Source: Eledone cirrhosa
Taxonomy: Eukaryota
Assembly: GCA_964016885.1 (NCBI GenBank)
Contig: OZ024741.1
Location: forward strand, 352,470,001 to 352,534,000
Reading direction: 5' to 3'
Length of the DNA: 64,000 nt
The stretch's first letter is position 1; every line of letters begins with the position of its first letter. Below are positions 26,400-38,700 of the stretch, piece after piece. Position numbers and translations under genes: made by a program. A model generated the notes under the pieces. The model saw only the letters and a list, made by a program, of their open reading frames with translations, did not search any database and was not told the DNA's origin.

Positions 26400-27130
26400 C
26401 AAAAGAAAAGAAAAGAACACGAAGCATAGTAATGAAAAAATACAGAGTTCATTAAAATCATGGATTGATGACCAGCGTAGAAAAACATTGTCCAGTGAGT
26501 CTTGCTATAATTCAAGACATGAAAGAAACATATAAGAGAATAGACTGTTGCTTCTACAGAATATCAAGCAAGGAAAGGATGATGTAAAATGTCCATGAAA
26601 GAGGTAGCTTTATGTAACCTTAAAACGACTGGATAAATCGCTTGTAGAAGTAATGAAGCTGCAGTAAAATATATTCAGACTTTTGCTGCCATTGTTGGAG
26701 AAAGAAAGGGATTATACTGCCACAACAGATTTTTATTGGTGATCAGACTGGCTCATCTTAGGAAAGAATGCCAGAAAGAGTTGGAGATTTGCAAGTCACA
26801 ACTGAACTAATTACATCTCATTTTGAGCTCCTGTCAATGAAAATTTGATTGGCATGTAAAAAGAAAATAACAATGATGATGATGATGATGATGATGAGAA
26901 GAAGAAAGAGGAAGAGGGAAACGAAGGGGAGGATGAAGAGGAGGAAATCACTCCAGTCAAAGTTTTGACAATAAAGAAATGTACAAAGCTAATTTTTATT
27001 TTTTTACGCACATTAAACAGTTCTTCAAAAATGATGGAACATTATGATAAAATTACTGAAAGAAGTTCAAGTAGAACTATTGATAAAGATATAGCATGCT
27101 ACAGATTCCTTTATAAAGACAAGTGTGGTA
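26400..27130 (+). mobile_element. Highly decayed Tigger/pogo transposase remnant
   Basis: LKSWIDDQRRK (CENP-B-type HTH) and LPQQIFIGDQTGSS*ERMP (Tigger PQQVFNxDETGLxWKxMP); acidic tail. Confidence 0.6.
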
Positions 27131-27137
27131 CTCATAT

Positions 27138-27383
27138 CAGGGGTGGCTGAGGTATTTCTAAATGGGGGGGGGGGGGGGGGGGGGGCAAATTTGGACAATT
27201 TAGTTGTAGTGATTAGTTTAGCTCTTTGCACTCTAAAATGGTCAGAAAACTACGATATGCGATAAACATAACATGTACATAAATTGCAGCTCATATCCAA
27301 ATAGATGTGTGTTTTGGTAGTTTAAGGAGAAAATATAATCATTGGAGGGGCCATGCCCCCCTCCCTCCATTCCGCCGTCACTG
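27138..27383. mobile_element. hAT-like MITE with G/C-rich subtermini
   Basis: caggggtggc ... gccgtcactg ends; a partial copy with flank lies at ~28266-28426. Confidence 0.5.
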
Positions 27384-27485
27384 TATATATAACTAAAAAA
27401 AATTGTTCTGTGCTCTTTACAAAGGAGTTAATATATCGAGTTTCTTCACATTTGGTAAGAAACTAGTATTAATCCCAATTTAGTC

Positions 27486-27566
<81 letters not shown>

Positions 27567-27593
27567 CATTCATTTATTATTGCTATTGGTGAG

Positions 27594-27688
27594 CTTTGTT
27601 ACTCTAAAGTTTCACCTGCACACTCACAGGATCACCAGTCTTGTCTGATGATCCTGTGAGTACGCAGGTGAGACACCAGGGCTACAAG
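27594..27688. ncRNA. Back-to-back pair of degenerate hammerheads, family D
   Basis: Plus: cttgt-CTGATGA-tcctgtgagtacgcaggt-GAGA...acaag. Minus: CTGGTGA-tcctgtgagtgtgcaggt-GAAA-ctttagag-TA-acaaag. Confidence 0.7.
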
Positions 27689-30467
27689 GCATAGCCATGA
27701 TAAATGAATATTTAAACTCTACTTTGGTATTGTTTTCATTCTTACGTCCGTCAATAATTCATGTACTCTCAGGTCTTGAATAATCTTCTCCACCCACCGC
27801 TTATTAATTTGTCAGATATTTTCCACGCCACCCGCTTATTAAATTTTACTAATCTATCTCCGGCGAAATTTTATTGCATATGATTCATATTGATACAGCA
27901 GCTGGAGAATCTAATAATAATTTCATTTTACATAAAAAAAAAACTAACATTATATATGACAAATGAAGAACATTACAAGAAATCCCATATTTGCGAACGT
28001 ACACTATACAATTATTGAAATAGTACCAAACTCTCCCCATCTCTATATCTATCAATACATATCTCTATCAATCTTCTCACTCTATTCATTACCACAAAAC
28101 TCTCCCCCTCTCAACATCAACCATACAACATACTCTCCCAATCCCCCTCTCTATATCAATTAACCCTAAACTCTCCCAACCTTCCTCTCTATATCAATTA
28201 TCACCAAACTCTCCCCCTCTCTATATCTATATCTATCTCTCCCATCTGTCTCTATATAACATGTAATAACATGTACATAAATTGTAGCGCATATACAAAT
28301 AGATGTGTTTTGGTAGTTTGGGGAGAAAAATATCATTATTGGGGAGGGGGCAGTTCCACCGCCCCTGCATATAACTATTGATAAAGATACTGCATGCTAC
28401 AAATTCCTTTCCAAAAAAGTGTGGTGTTTATCAAATTCTTGATAATATTTTAACGAAAATACTGGATTGTAACTTTTTTTTATCGACTTCGAAAGGATGA
28501 AAGGCAAAGTTGACCCCGGAGGGATTTGAATTCAGAGAGCTGGAACGAATACCGCAGAGCATTCTATCCGATGTTTTAACTTCTTTGTCAATTCGATGCT
28601 TTACATGATATAGTATATTAAAACAGATATAGTCTCGATCATGAATAATTATTGAACGTACCGCAAGTTTTCGACTATTCGACAAATAAAGATAGACTTA
28701 ATCTGTCTCCCGGTTTAACACCACTACATGACCTTTGGGTGTCTTTAGCGGAGTCCTCTCTGCTGCAAGCATTCATGCCACGTCTTCGGTTTGACTATAC
28801 CCCCCGCCCCGTCCGAGTTTTGGTGGCCTTGAAAATTGCCAATGGCAGTATCCTTCTCTCCATCACTAAACAGTTATATAAACATCATATCGACCTCAGT
28901 ACTTGATTGGTACTTTATTTTAACGATTCCGGAAAGATGAAAGGCAAATTTGATCCCGGCAGAATTTGAACTCAGAACGTAGAAAATCATAACTAAATAC
29001 CGCCAAGCAATTTGTCGGACAAACTACCGATACTACCAATTCACCTCTTTTATAGAAATGAATAATGGACAAAAATGGCCGGTTTCAGGTTTGTTACTCT
29101 ATCAGTTTCTACCTAACTTCGTCCCTCTGCCATGAAGTAACAGCTTTAAGTTACATTAAAACTATGTTGCTTATCTTACATGTCAGTAAGATAAACTGCT
29201 ATAGCTAATCTTTATTCCAAACTGCAGCAAAACTAACTAGGGAAGTGTATTTATGTTTAAATATAGTTTTGTCGTAGGTAGGCCCGTTCAAAGCTTGTAA
29301 TTGGCCTAGGAAAGATGTAAGATGTAGGCGCCCGTTTCAAACTATTCATTAGGAACTTTCGTAATGAGTGCTAGAAACATAAGATTTATGTATGGGTTAC
29401 AAATAATAGTGGAGATGGCGCAATGATACACATGAGTATGGTGGTGATCAAACATTTGAAAAAACAAACAATTAATGCTGTTCACGAACAAAATATTTGT
29501 TAGGTAAATGAAATTACTTTGATTTTCTGTAAATTACGTTGGTCAAGAATTGGCCAAACATTTTCTTTATTTGTTTAAACTTCTTGATTTATTCATTTAT
29601 TCATTTATTTGCGAAACTCCAGTTTATATGAATAAATTTGTCTTCTTTTACTTCAGAAAACCAAAAAAGACACATATAACGAAATTATTCTTGTATTTGA
29701 ACTCATAAAAAATATTGAAAACACCCGATTTTTTCTGGAGAAGTTGAGAGAGGGGAAGAGAGAAAGTGATAGAGTGGAAGTGAGAAAGAGATGTAGAGTA
29801 AGAATCGATACTAGAACTGGACTGACATCTTTTTTTTTTTATCGACATCGAAAGGAAGAAAGGCAGAGTTGATTTCAGCGGGTTTTGAACATAGAGCGCA
29901 GAGTATAGGAAAGAATACCGCAAAACATTCTGTAACAATTCCCCGTCTACAGATCGTTGTTAACAACTACATATAAAAAGAAAATGTATTGAGGTTACAA
30001 GTTAGTTAACTATTTTGCGTATAATCAGTGATAGAAATGGATTGTAGGAACTCGTGGTACGCTTAAGTCCACGAGGCTGAGGCTTGAAGTAGATGCTATA
30101 AGCTCCAACACTGGAAGCTGAAAAATAGAGGAACACCATCACCTTTTCATATTACCTGTCTATCAGTACATATAATATAATCTCCTTATAATATATAACC
30201 AGCAATTTCTCTGTCTCTCTGTCCGACAGTGGAAACACGTGCGCGCGTGGTTGCTATCTCTCTCTCTCTCTCCAGCTATCCCTCTCTTTTAGTCTGTCTG
30301 TTTCTCTCATTCTCACTCTTTCTCTTTGTAACACACTAACATTTCTCCCCTCTATCGCTGTGACGAATGGGGAGATGGAGGAGGAGGAGGAGGAGAGAGT
30401 CACTTCGTCACTTCACCTCTACCTTTCTTTCTCTCCCCTCTCATTCCCTCATTACGTACAGACATTA

Positions 30468-30660
30468 GGGCGGTGGATTGGCAGAATCTGTAGAGAGTCG
30501 GACACCATGCTTCATAGCATGGAGTTACGTCCCTTTACGGTCTGAGTTCAAATACCGCCGAGGTTAACTTTGCCTTTCATCCTCACGGGGTCGATAAAAT
30601 AAATTACCAGTAATGTACTGGGTAATTGCTGGCCTTGTGCCAAAAGTAGAAACAATTATT
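30468..30660 (+). mobile_element. tRNA-derived SINE, dominant family
   Basis: Full-length match to 3284-3473. Confidence 0.9.
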
Positions 30661-30778
30661 AGAAACATTGCTTCATTTTTACATATCTAAGCATTAGTAA
30701 AATAACTAATAATTCCAAAAGTAATTTTTCAATTCCAATTGTTATGAACAGCAAAACATTAATAATAATTTTGTTCTA

Positions 30779-30984
30779 AGAAATATATATACATTTCTGT
30801 GTGTGTAATATATATATATACACACATAGAAATATATATATATATACACACAGAAATATATATACATTTCTGTGTGTGTAATATATATATATATACACAC
30901 AGAAATATATATACATTTCTGCGTGTGTAATATATATATATATAAATATACACACACAGAAATATATATACATTTCTGTGTGTG

Positions 30985-31023
<39 letters not shown>

Positions 31024-31033
31024 GAAATATATG
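30779..31033. repeat. Minisatellite of self-complementary units
   Basis: acacacagaaat-atatatac-atttctgtgtgt repeated about four times plus partial units, with (TA)n spacers. Confidence 0.85.
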
Positions 31034-31286
31034 GGCATTTCTCTGTTTGTCTGTCTGTCTGTCCTTCCCTAAAACTCAAATGTAGGTGCTACAGAAATAT
31101 TACCTTCCCCTTCCTTTCTCCACTTTGGTACTACCAAGAGAAACACTGACGCTATAGAAACATTACCTTCCCCTCTCCACTGACTTTGGTCACTGAGGCC
31201 GAGGGAATCGCTGGTTGCTATAGAGACACCTTGCACAAGCTAGAAGTAACCAGTTCGAGGCGGTTCTGACTTGACACCATGCCAAG

Positions 31287-31800
31287 TCTACTTATAATAT
31301 ATAATGGGCATTTCTTTGTTTGTTTGTCTGTCTGTCCGTCTGTAAAAAATGCAAAGGAAACAAATAGACGCGGTTTCAAATCTCTATGCTTTTCAAATTC
31401 ATTACATTAATCTTTATTTATACGTTTCGCTTTACGAGTGTTTCGACTTACAAGTGTTTCGGCTTACGAGTGTTTCGGCTTATCATTATATATAAACGTT
31501 TCTATTTCCATCGTTTTATCGTAAACGTTTTTATATTTCCATCGTTATATCATAACATTTATGTATCATAACGTTTATATTTCCGTCACTAATCTCTTTT
31601 TCTCCTTTTTCGTTTTAACATATATTTATTTCAAAGATTTCACCGTATAGATAACATATATATTTATACATGCATAAAAGACACACCGAGAGACGGTGAA
31701 CATGTGGTGCCGAAAACATTTCTCATCCAAATCTCAACAATATCAGTATATACACTAGATTTGCTAGCAGAAAACCGCCCACCGGGTGGTTTTCTGCTAG
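31287..31800 (+). mobile_element. Non-autonomous Helitron-like element
   Basis: 5' tctacttataatatataa plus (GTCT)n; 3' long hairpin ending in CTAG. Confidence 0.65.
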
Positions 31801-32173
31801 TCTATATATATAAAACTGAGGATGTCTGTCTGTGTGTGTGTGTGAGTTTGAATCCCTAAAACTCGAGAAACACCCAACCGACTCTTTTCAAACTTTACAC
31901 ATGTAATACTTATGTTTCAGGGAGTGTTCTGAGCAAAAAAATTTAAAATTTTCAATGCCCTAGGGACCGCATTAGGCGATTTAGGGATCTCTCTCTATAA
32001 TTCTTAGTCTTTCTCTTTTTAGATACATACATATAACGTCGCGCCCTTATAATGTCTGTCTGTATGTCTGGCTGTCTGCATTACGTCACTTCCCGAGGAT
32101 GTCTGTGTGTGTGTATGTGTGTGTGTGTGTTCCAAAATACCTTATCCCGTGCAACGCCAGGTACCACTGCTAG
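31801..32173 (+). mobile_element. Non-autonomous Helitron
   Basis: 5' TCtatatatataaaa; 3' cccgtgcaacgccagg hairpin-like motif plus ctgCTAG|T. Confidence 0.8.
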
Positions 32174-32199
32174 TATAATATATTATAATATACTATAAT

Positions 32200-33393
32200 A
32201 TAATATAATATAATATAATATAAACTATAATAAAGGAAGGGCTACGGGATTGCGTACGGTTTATTTTTTTTATCCCGTTTGTAAAATAAGTTGGATTACT
32301 ATGAATAAATAATTATTTCTACTTTTGGCACAAGGCCAGCAATTATCACAGTATATTACTGGTACTTTATTTTATCGACCCTGTAAGGATGAAATAATTT
32401 CAAATTGACTTCTTTTCAAAGTTGCACTTCCGGTATATCGTCGCCATCACCCCCATTTCAACTACCATATATATATAGAAAGAAAGAGTTTGTGATGAGA
32501 GAGATAGAGAGATTATGATTTACTACACCTGACGCGTATGATTGTGCACATACATACATCTATATGTATGAGTATATAACTATTATGAGTATACACATGA
32601 GAAAACAGAAACTTATAAAAATACACTCTCACAGACATAATTCACACAAATACACATACTTTCACACAAATATACATACATTCACACATACTTTCACACA
32701 AACATACATACATTCACACATATACATTTACACAAACACACACATAGTCATGATAGCGTTCGGTTTAATTGGAGATGTGAGGGTATACTTTCACACAAAT
32801 ATACATACATTCACTCATACATTCACACAAACATACATTCATACATAAATTCCCACATATACATTTACACAAACATACATACATTCACACATATACACTT
32901 ACACAAACATATATACATTCATACATATATATTTACACAAACACACACATAGTCATGATAGCGTTCGGTTTAATTGGAAATGGGAGGGTAAAACAAGTAT
33001 AACGTTTTATTTATTAACTCTATTTATTTATTAACTCTTTTTTTTTAAACTCATCTAAACTATAATAAAGTAAAGAGGCACTTCTTTAAAATTTCTGAAA
33101 TGTCAACACTTCCGGTTGGCCATCGCTTAAATAAACATACTAATTTTCTGTCACTAATGTTCTCCTAATGCAATTTATATATAATATCGTCTTTTTTAAT
33201 GTATCATGGATTACGTTACTGATTACATAAGACAGTCTAACGCAGTCTTCGTTCAATTTCTATGTATTATATATTGTCAATTACGATTTTATTTGATGTA
33301 TCATATCTACATGTATATATACCTGCGTATAATATCAATATACACACTACACACGCTAGCAGAAAACCAGGCGAAGGGTGGTTTTTCTGCTAG
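32200..33393 (+). mobile_element. Non-autonomous Helitron-like element with an internal SINE fragment and ~200-bp tandem duplication
   Basis: 3' end ctagcagaaaacc...ggtttttctgCTAG|T shared with the element ending at 31800; 5' boundary approximate. Confidence 0.55.
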
Positions 33394-33399
33394 TATATA

Positions 33400-35289
33400 A
33401 TTGTTTCTACTTTTGGCACAAGGCCAGCAATTACCCAGTGTATTACTGGTACTTTATTTTATCGACCCTGTAAGGATGAAAGGCAAAATTAACCTCGGCG
33501 GGATTTGAACTCAGATCGTAAAGGGACGTAACTACGCTGGAAAGCATGTCTGACCCTCTACCAATACTACCAATTCACCGCCCTTACATAAGACAGTATA
33601 ATATAATATAACACCGCCCCGACCTAGGCGTACAGCCTGTCACCTTTTCCCCTTCCTCCTCTCTTTCTTCCGTGACCAAGTAGGCCTTGCCTTTTCCCTC
33701 CCTTTCTTCTCATTTATGGCATTTATACTCATTGCCTTTGCTTTCCTATATATCCATATCTGCCCTTCTTTACTCCGATTTTCATTATTTATATAATTTA
33801 TCATGAAAACTTAATAAATTATTTACAAAAGAAACAAATCAATAACATTTTGAAACATATAATATAATGATTTCTAATATAGGCACAAGGTCAGTAATTT
33901 GGGGGGGAAGGGAAAGTCGATTAAATCGACCCCAGTGCGTGACTGGTACTTTATTTTATTGACCCCGTAAGGATGAAGGATGAAAGGCAAAGTTAACCTT
34001 GGCGGGATTTGAACTCAGACCTTAAAGGGACGTAACTCTATGCTGGAAAGCATGGTGTCTAACCCTCTACCTATTCTGCCAATCCACCGCCTTATAATAT
34101 AATTGTTTCTACATGTGGCACAAGGCCAGCAATTATCCAGTGCATTACTGGTATAATATAATATAATATGTTATCATATACCATATGATATAATATAATA
34201 TAATTTAATGTAATATAATATTTGTTATCATATAACATAATACAATATAATATAATTGTTTCTACTTTAGGCACAAGGCCAGCAATTACCCAGTACATTC
34301 GACCCCGTAAGGATGAAAGGCAAAGTTAATCTCGGCGGGATTTAATATGATATAATATAATATAATGTAATATAATATTTGTTATCATATAACATAATAC
34401 AATATAATATAATACAATATAATATAATATAATTGTTTCTACTTTTGTCACAAGGCCAGCAATTACCCAGAGCATTACTGGTACTTTATTTTATCGCCCC
34501 GGAAGGATGAAAGGCAACGTTAAACTCGGCGGGATTTGAACTCAGAATGGCAAGGGCCGTAACTCTATGCGTCAAAGCATGGTGTCCGATCCTCTACCGA
34601 TAATGCCAATCCACCATATAATATACTATAATATAATATAATATAATTGTTTCTACTTTTGGCACAAGGCCAGCAATTACCTAGTGCATTACTGGTACTT
34701 TATTTTATCGACCCCGTAAGGATGAAAGGCAAAGTCAACCTCGGCGGGATTTGAACTCAGATCGTAAAGGGACGTAACTATGCTGGAAAGCATGGCGTCC
34801 GACCCTCCACCGATACTGCTAATCCATAATATAATATAATGTAATATAATATTTGTTATCATATAGCATAATACAATATAATATAATATAATATAATATT
34901 TGTTATCATATAGCATAATACAATATAATATAATATAATATAATATAATATAATATAATATAATATAATATAATGTAATATAATATTTGTTATCATATAG
35001 CATAATACAATATAATATAATATAATATAATATAATATAATATAATATAATATAATATAATATAATATAATATAATATAATGTAATATAATATTTATTAT
35101 CATATAACATAATACAATATAATATAATATAATTGTTTCTACTTTAGGCACAAGGCCAGCAATTACTCAGTACATTACTGGTACTTTATTTTATCGACCC
35201 CGTAAGGATAAAAGGCAAAGTTAACCCCGGCGGGATTTTACCTCAGATCATATCCGACCCTCTACCGATACTGCCAATCTACCGCCCTT
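33400..35289 (-). mobile_element. Cluster of about seven co-oriented SINE copies in (TATAA)n satellite
   Basis: SINE 3' ends (aattgtttctact...ggcacaagg or variants) recur at ~33399, 33867, 34101, 34254, 34431, 34645 and 35131. Confidence 0.9.
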
Positions 35290-35779
35290 GGAACATAAAA
35301 TATTGCAAGGAATTTTGTCCATCACTCTATCAGTTCTACTAATCCACCATTCTTGAATGGACCTCCATCGGTTTCGGCGATGGATGTTCCAGTTGTTTGA
35401 TCAACAGTACAGCCTGCGGATACTGCCAATCCAAATAATATATAATATATGATCTAATATTGAAAATTTGTCTGTTTCGTGTCATGTTTTGCCTAAAATA
35501 AGTCTTTATATATAAAAACAAAAAAATCTTTCTCTCTCTTTCCAGGTCAGTAAGCAACAGAACTGACAGATATCACATCTGTTGTCTTTCTGGTGTTTCA
35601 GAGGAAATACCCCCCCCCCCTCACACACACACACTCACTCTCATTTTCCTTCTCCCTATCTCCCTCATACTCTTTTTCTAACGTTTATTCTTTCTCTATT
35701 TCTTTAATCTTTCTCACTTTCTAACACTTGCTGCATAACGTTTTCATATCTACCTTCTCCCATTAACTTCTTCTCTTTC

Positions 35780-38700
35780 ACTTTTTCCCCTCGTCCCATC
35801 CCTCCCTCTCTCTCACACTTTCCCCACGTCCCATCTCTCCCTCTCTCTCACTCTTTCCCCTCGTCCCATCCCTCCCTCTCGCACACTCTTTGTCCTCGTC
35901 CCATCCCTCCCGCTTTCTCACTCTTTCTCCTCATCCCTCCCTCTCTCTCACTCTTTCCCCTCGTCCCATCCCTCCCTCTCTCTCACTCTTTCCCCTCGTC
36001 CCATCCCTCCCTCTCTCTCACTCTTTCTCATCGTCCCATCCCTCCCTATTTCTCACTCTTTCTCCTCATCCCTCCCTCTCTCTCACTCTTTCCGCACGTC
36101 CCATCCCTCCCTCTCTCTCACTCTTTCCCCTCGCCCTAACCCTCCCTCTCTCTCACGCTTTGCCCTCGTCCCATCCCTCCCTCTTTCTCACTCTTTCTCC
36201 TCATCCCTTCCTCTCTCTCACTCTTTCCCCTCGTCCCATCCCTCCCTCTCTCTCACTCTTTCCCCTCGTCCCATCCCTCCCTCTCTCTCACTCTTTCTCA
36301 TCGTCCCATCCCTCCCTATTTCTCACTCTTTCTCCTCATCCCTCCCTCTCTCTCACTCTTTCCGCACGTCCCATCCCTCCCTCTCTCTCACTCTTTCCCC
36401 TCGCCCTAACCCTCCCTCTCTCTCACGCTTTGCCCTCGTCCCATCCCTCCCTCTTTCTCACTCTTTCTCCTCATCCCTTCCTCTCTCTCACTCTTTCCCC
36501 TCGTCCCATCCCTCCCTCTCTCTCACTCTTTCTCCTCATCATTCCCACTCTCTCACTCTTTCCCCTCGTCCCATTCCTCCCTCTCTCTCACTCTTTCCCC
36601 TCGTCCCATCCCTCCCTCTCTCTCACTCTTTCCCCTCGTCCCATTCCTCCCTCTCTCTCACTCTTTCCCCTCGTCCCATCCCTCCCTCTCTCCCACTCTT
36701 TCTCCTCATCCCTCCCTCTCTCTCACTCTTTCCCCTCGTCCCATCCCTCCCTCTCTCTCACTCTTTCTCCTCATCATTCCCTCTCTCTCACTCTCTCTCC
36801 TCATTCCTCCCTCTCTCTCACTCTTTCCCCTCGTCCCATCCCTCCCTCTCTCTCACTCTTTCTCCTCGTCCCATCCCTCCCTCTCTCCCACTCTTTCTCC
36901 TCATCCCCCCTCTCTCTCACTCTTTCCCCTCGTCCCATCCCTCCCTCTCTCTCACTCTTTCTCATCGTCCCATCCCTCCCTCTCTCTCACTCTCTTTCCT
37001 CATCCCTCCCTCTCTCTCACTCTTTCCCCTCGTCCCATCCCTCCCTCTCTCTCACTCTTTCTCCTCGTCCCATCCCTCCCTCTCTCCCACTCTTTCTCCT
37101 CATCCCCCCTCTCTCTCACTCTTTCCCCTCGTCCCATCCCTCCCTCTCTCTCACTCTTTCTCATCGTCCCATCCCTCCCTCTTTCTCACTCTTTCTCCTC
37201 ATTCATCCCTCTCTCTCACTCTTTCCCCACGTCCCATCCCTCCCTCTCTCTCACTCTTTCCCCTCGCCCTAACCCTCCCTCTCTCTCACTCTTTCTCCTC
37301 GTCCCATCCCTCCCTCTCTACCACTCTTTCTCCTCATCCCCCTCTCTCTCACTCTTTCTCCTCGTCCCATCCCTCCCTCTCTCTCACTCTTTCTCCTCGT
37401 AACATCCATCCCTCTTTCTCACTCTTTCTCCTCATCCCTCCCTCTCTCTCACTCTTTCCCCACGTCCCATCCCTCCCTCTCTCTCACTCTTTCCCCTCGT
37501 CTCATCCCTCCCTCTCTCTCACTCTTTCTCATCGTCCCATCCCTCCCTCTTTCTCACTCTTTCTCCTCATCCCTCCCTCTATCTCACTCTTTCCCCACGT
37601 CCCATCCCTCTCTCTCTCTCACCCCCCTCTCACTCTTTCCCCTCGTCCTAACCCTTCCTCTCTCTCACTCTTTCCCCTCGTCCCATCCCTCCCTCTCTCT
37701 CACTCTTTCCCCTCGTCCCATTCCTCCCTCTCTCTCACTCTTTCCCCTCGTCCCATCCCTCCCTCTCTCCCACTCTTTCTCCTCATCCCTCGCTCTCTCT
37801 CACTCTTTCCCCTCGTCCCATCACTCCCTCTCTCTCACTCTTTCTCCTCATCATTCCCTCTCTCTCACTCTTTCCTCTCGTCCCATCCTTCCCTCTCTCT
37901 CACTCTCTCTCCTCATCCCTCCCTCTCTCTCACTCTTTCCCCACGTCCCATCCCTCTCTCTCTCTCACTCTTTCCCCTCGTCTCATCCCTCCCTCTCTCT
38001 CCCTCTCTCTCCTCATCTCTCCCTCTCTCTCACTCTTTCCCCACGTCCCATCCCTCCCTCTCTCTCACTCTTTCCCCTCGTCCCATCCCTCCCTCTCTCT
38101 CACTCTTTCTCATCGTCCCATCCCTCCCTCTTTCTCACTCTTTCTCCTCATCCCTCCCTCTCTCTCACTCTTTCCCCACGTCCCATCCCTCCCTCTCTCT
38201 CACCCCCCCCTCTCACTCTTTCCCCTCGTCCTAACCCTTCCTCTCTCTCACTCTTTTCCCTCGTCCCATCCCTCCCTCTCTCTCACTCTTTCCCCTCGTC
38301 CCATTCCTCCCTCTCTCTCACTCTTTCCCCTCGTCCCATCCCTCCCTCTCTCTCACTCTTTCTCCTCATCATTCCCTCTCTCTCACTCTTTCCTCTCGTC
38401 CCATCCTTCCCTCTCTCTCACTCTCTCTCCTCATCCCTCCCTCTCTCTCACTCTTTCCCCACGTCCCATCCCTCTCTCTCTCTCACTCTTTCCCCTCGTC
38501 TCATCCCTCCCTCTCTCTCACTCTCTCTCCTCATCTCTCCCTCTCTCTCACTCTTTCCCCACGTCCCATTCCTCCCTCTCTCTCACTCTTTCCCCACGTC
38601 CCATTCCTCCCTCTCTCTCACTCTTTCTCCTCATCCCTCCCTCTCTCTCACGCTTTCCCCTCGTCCCATTCCTCCCTGTCTCTCACTCTTTCTCCTCATC

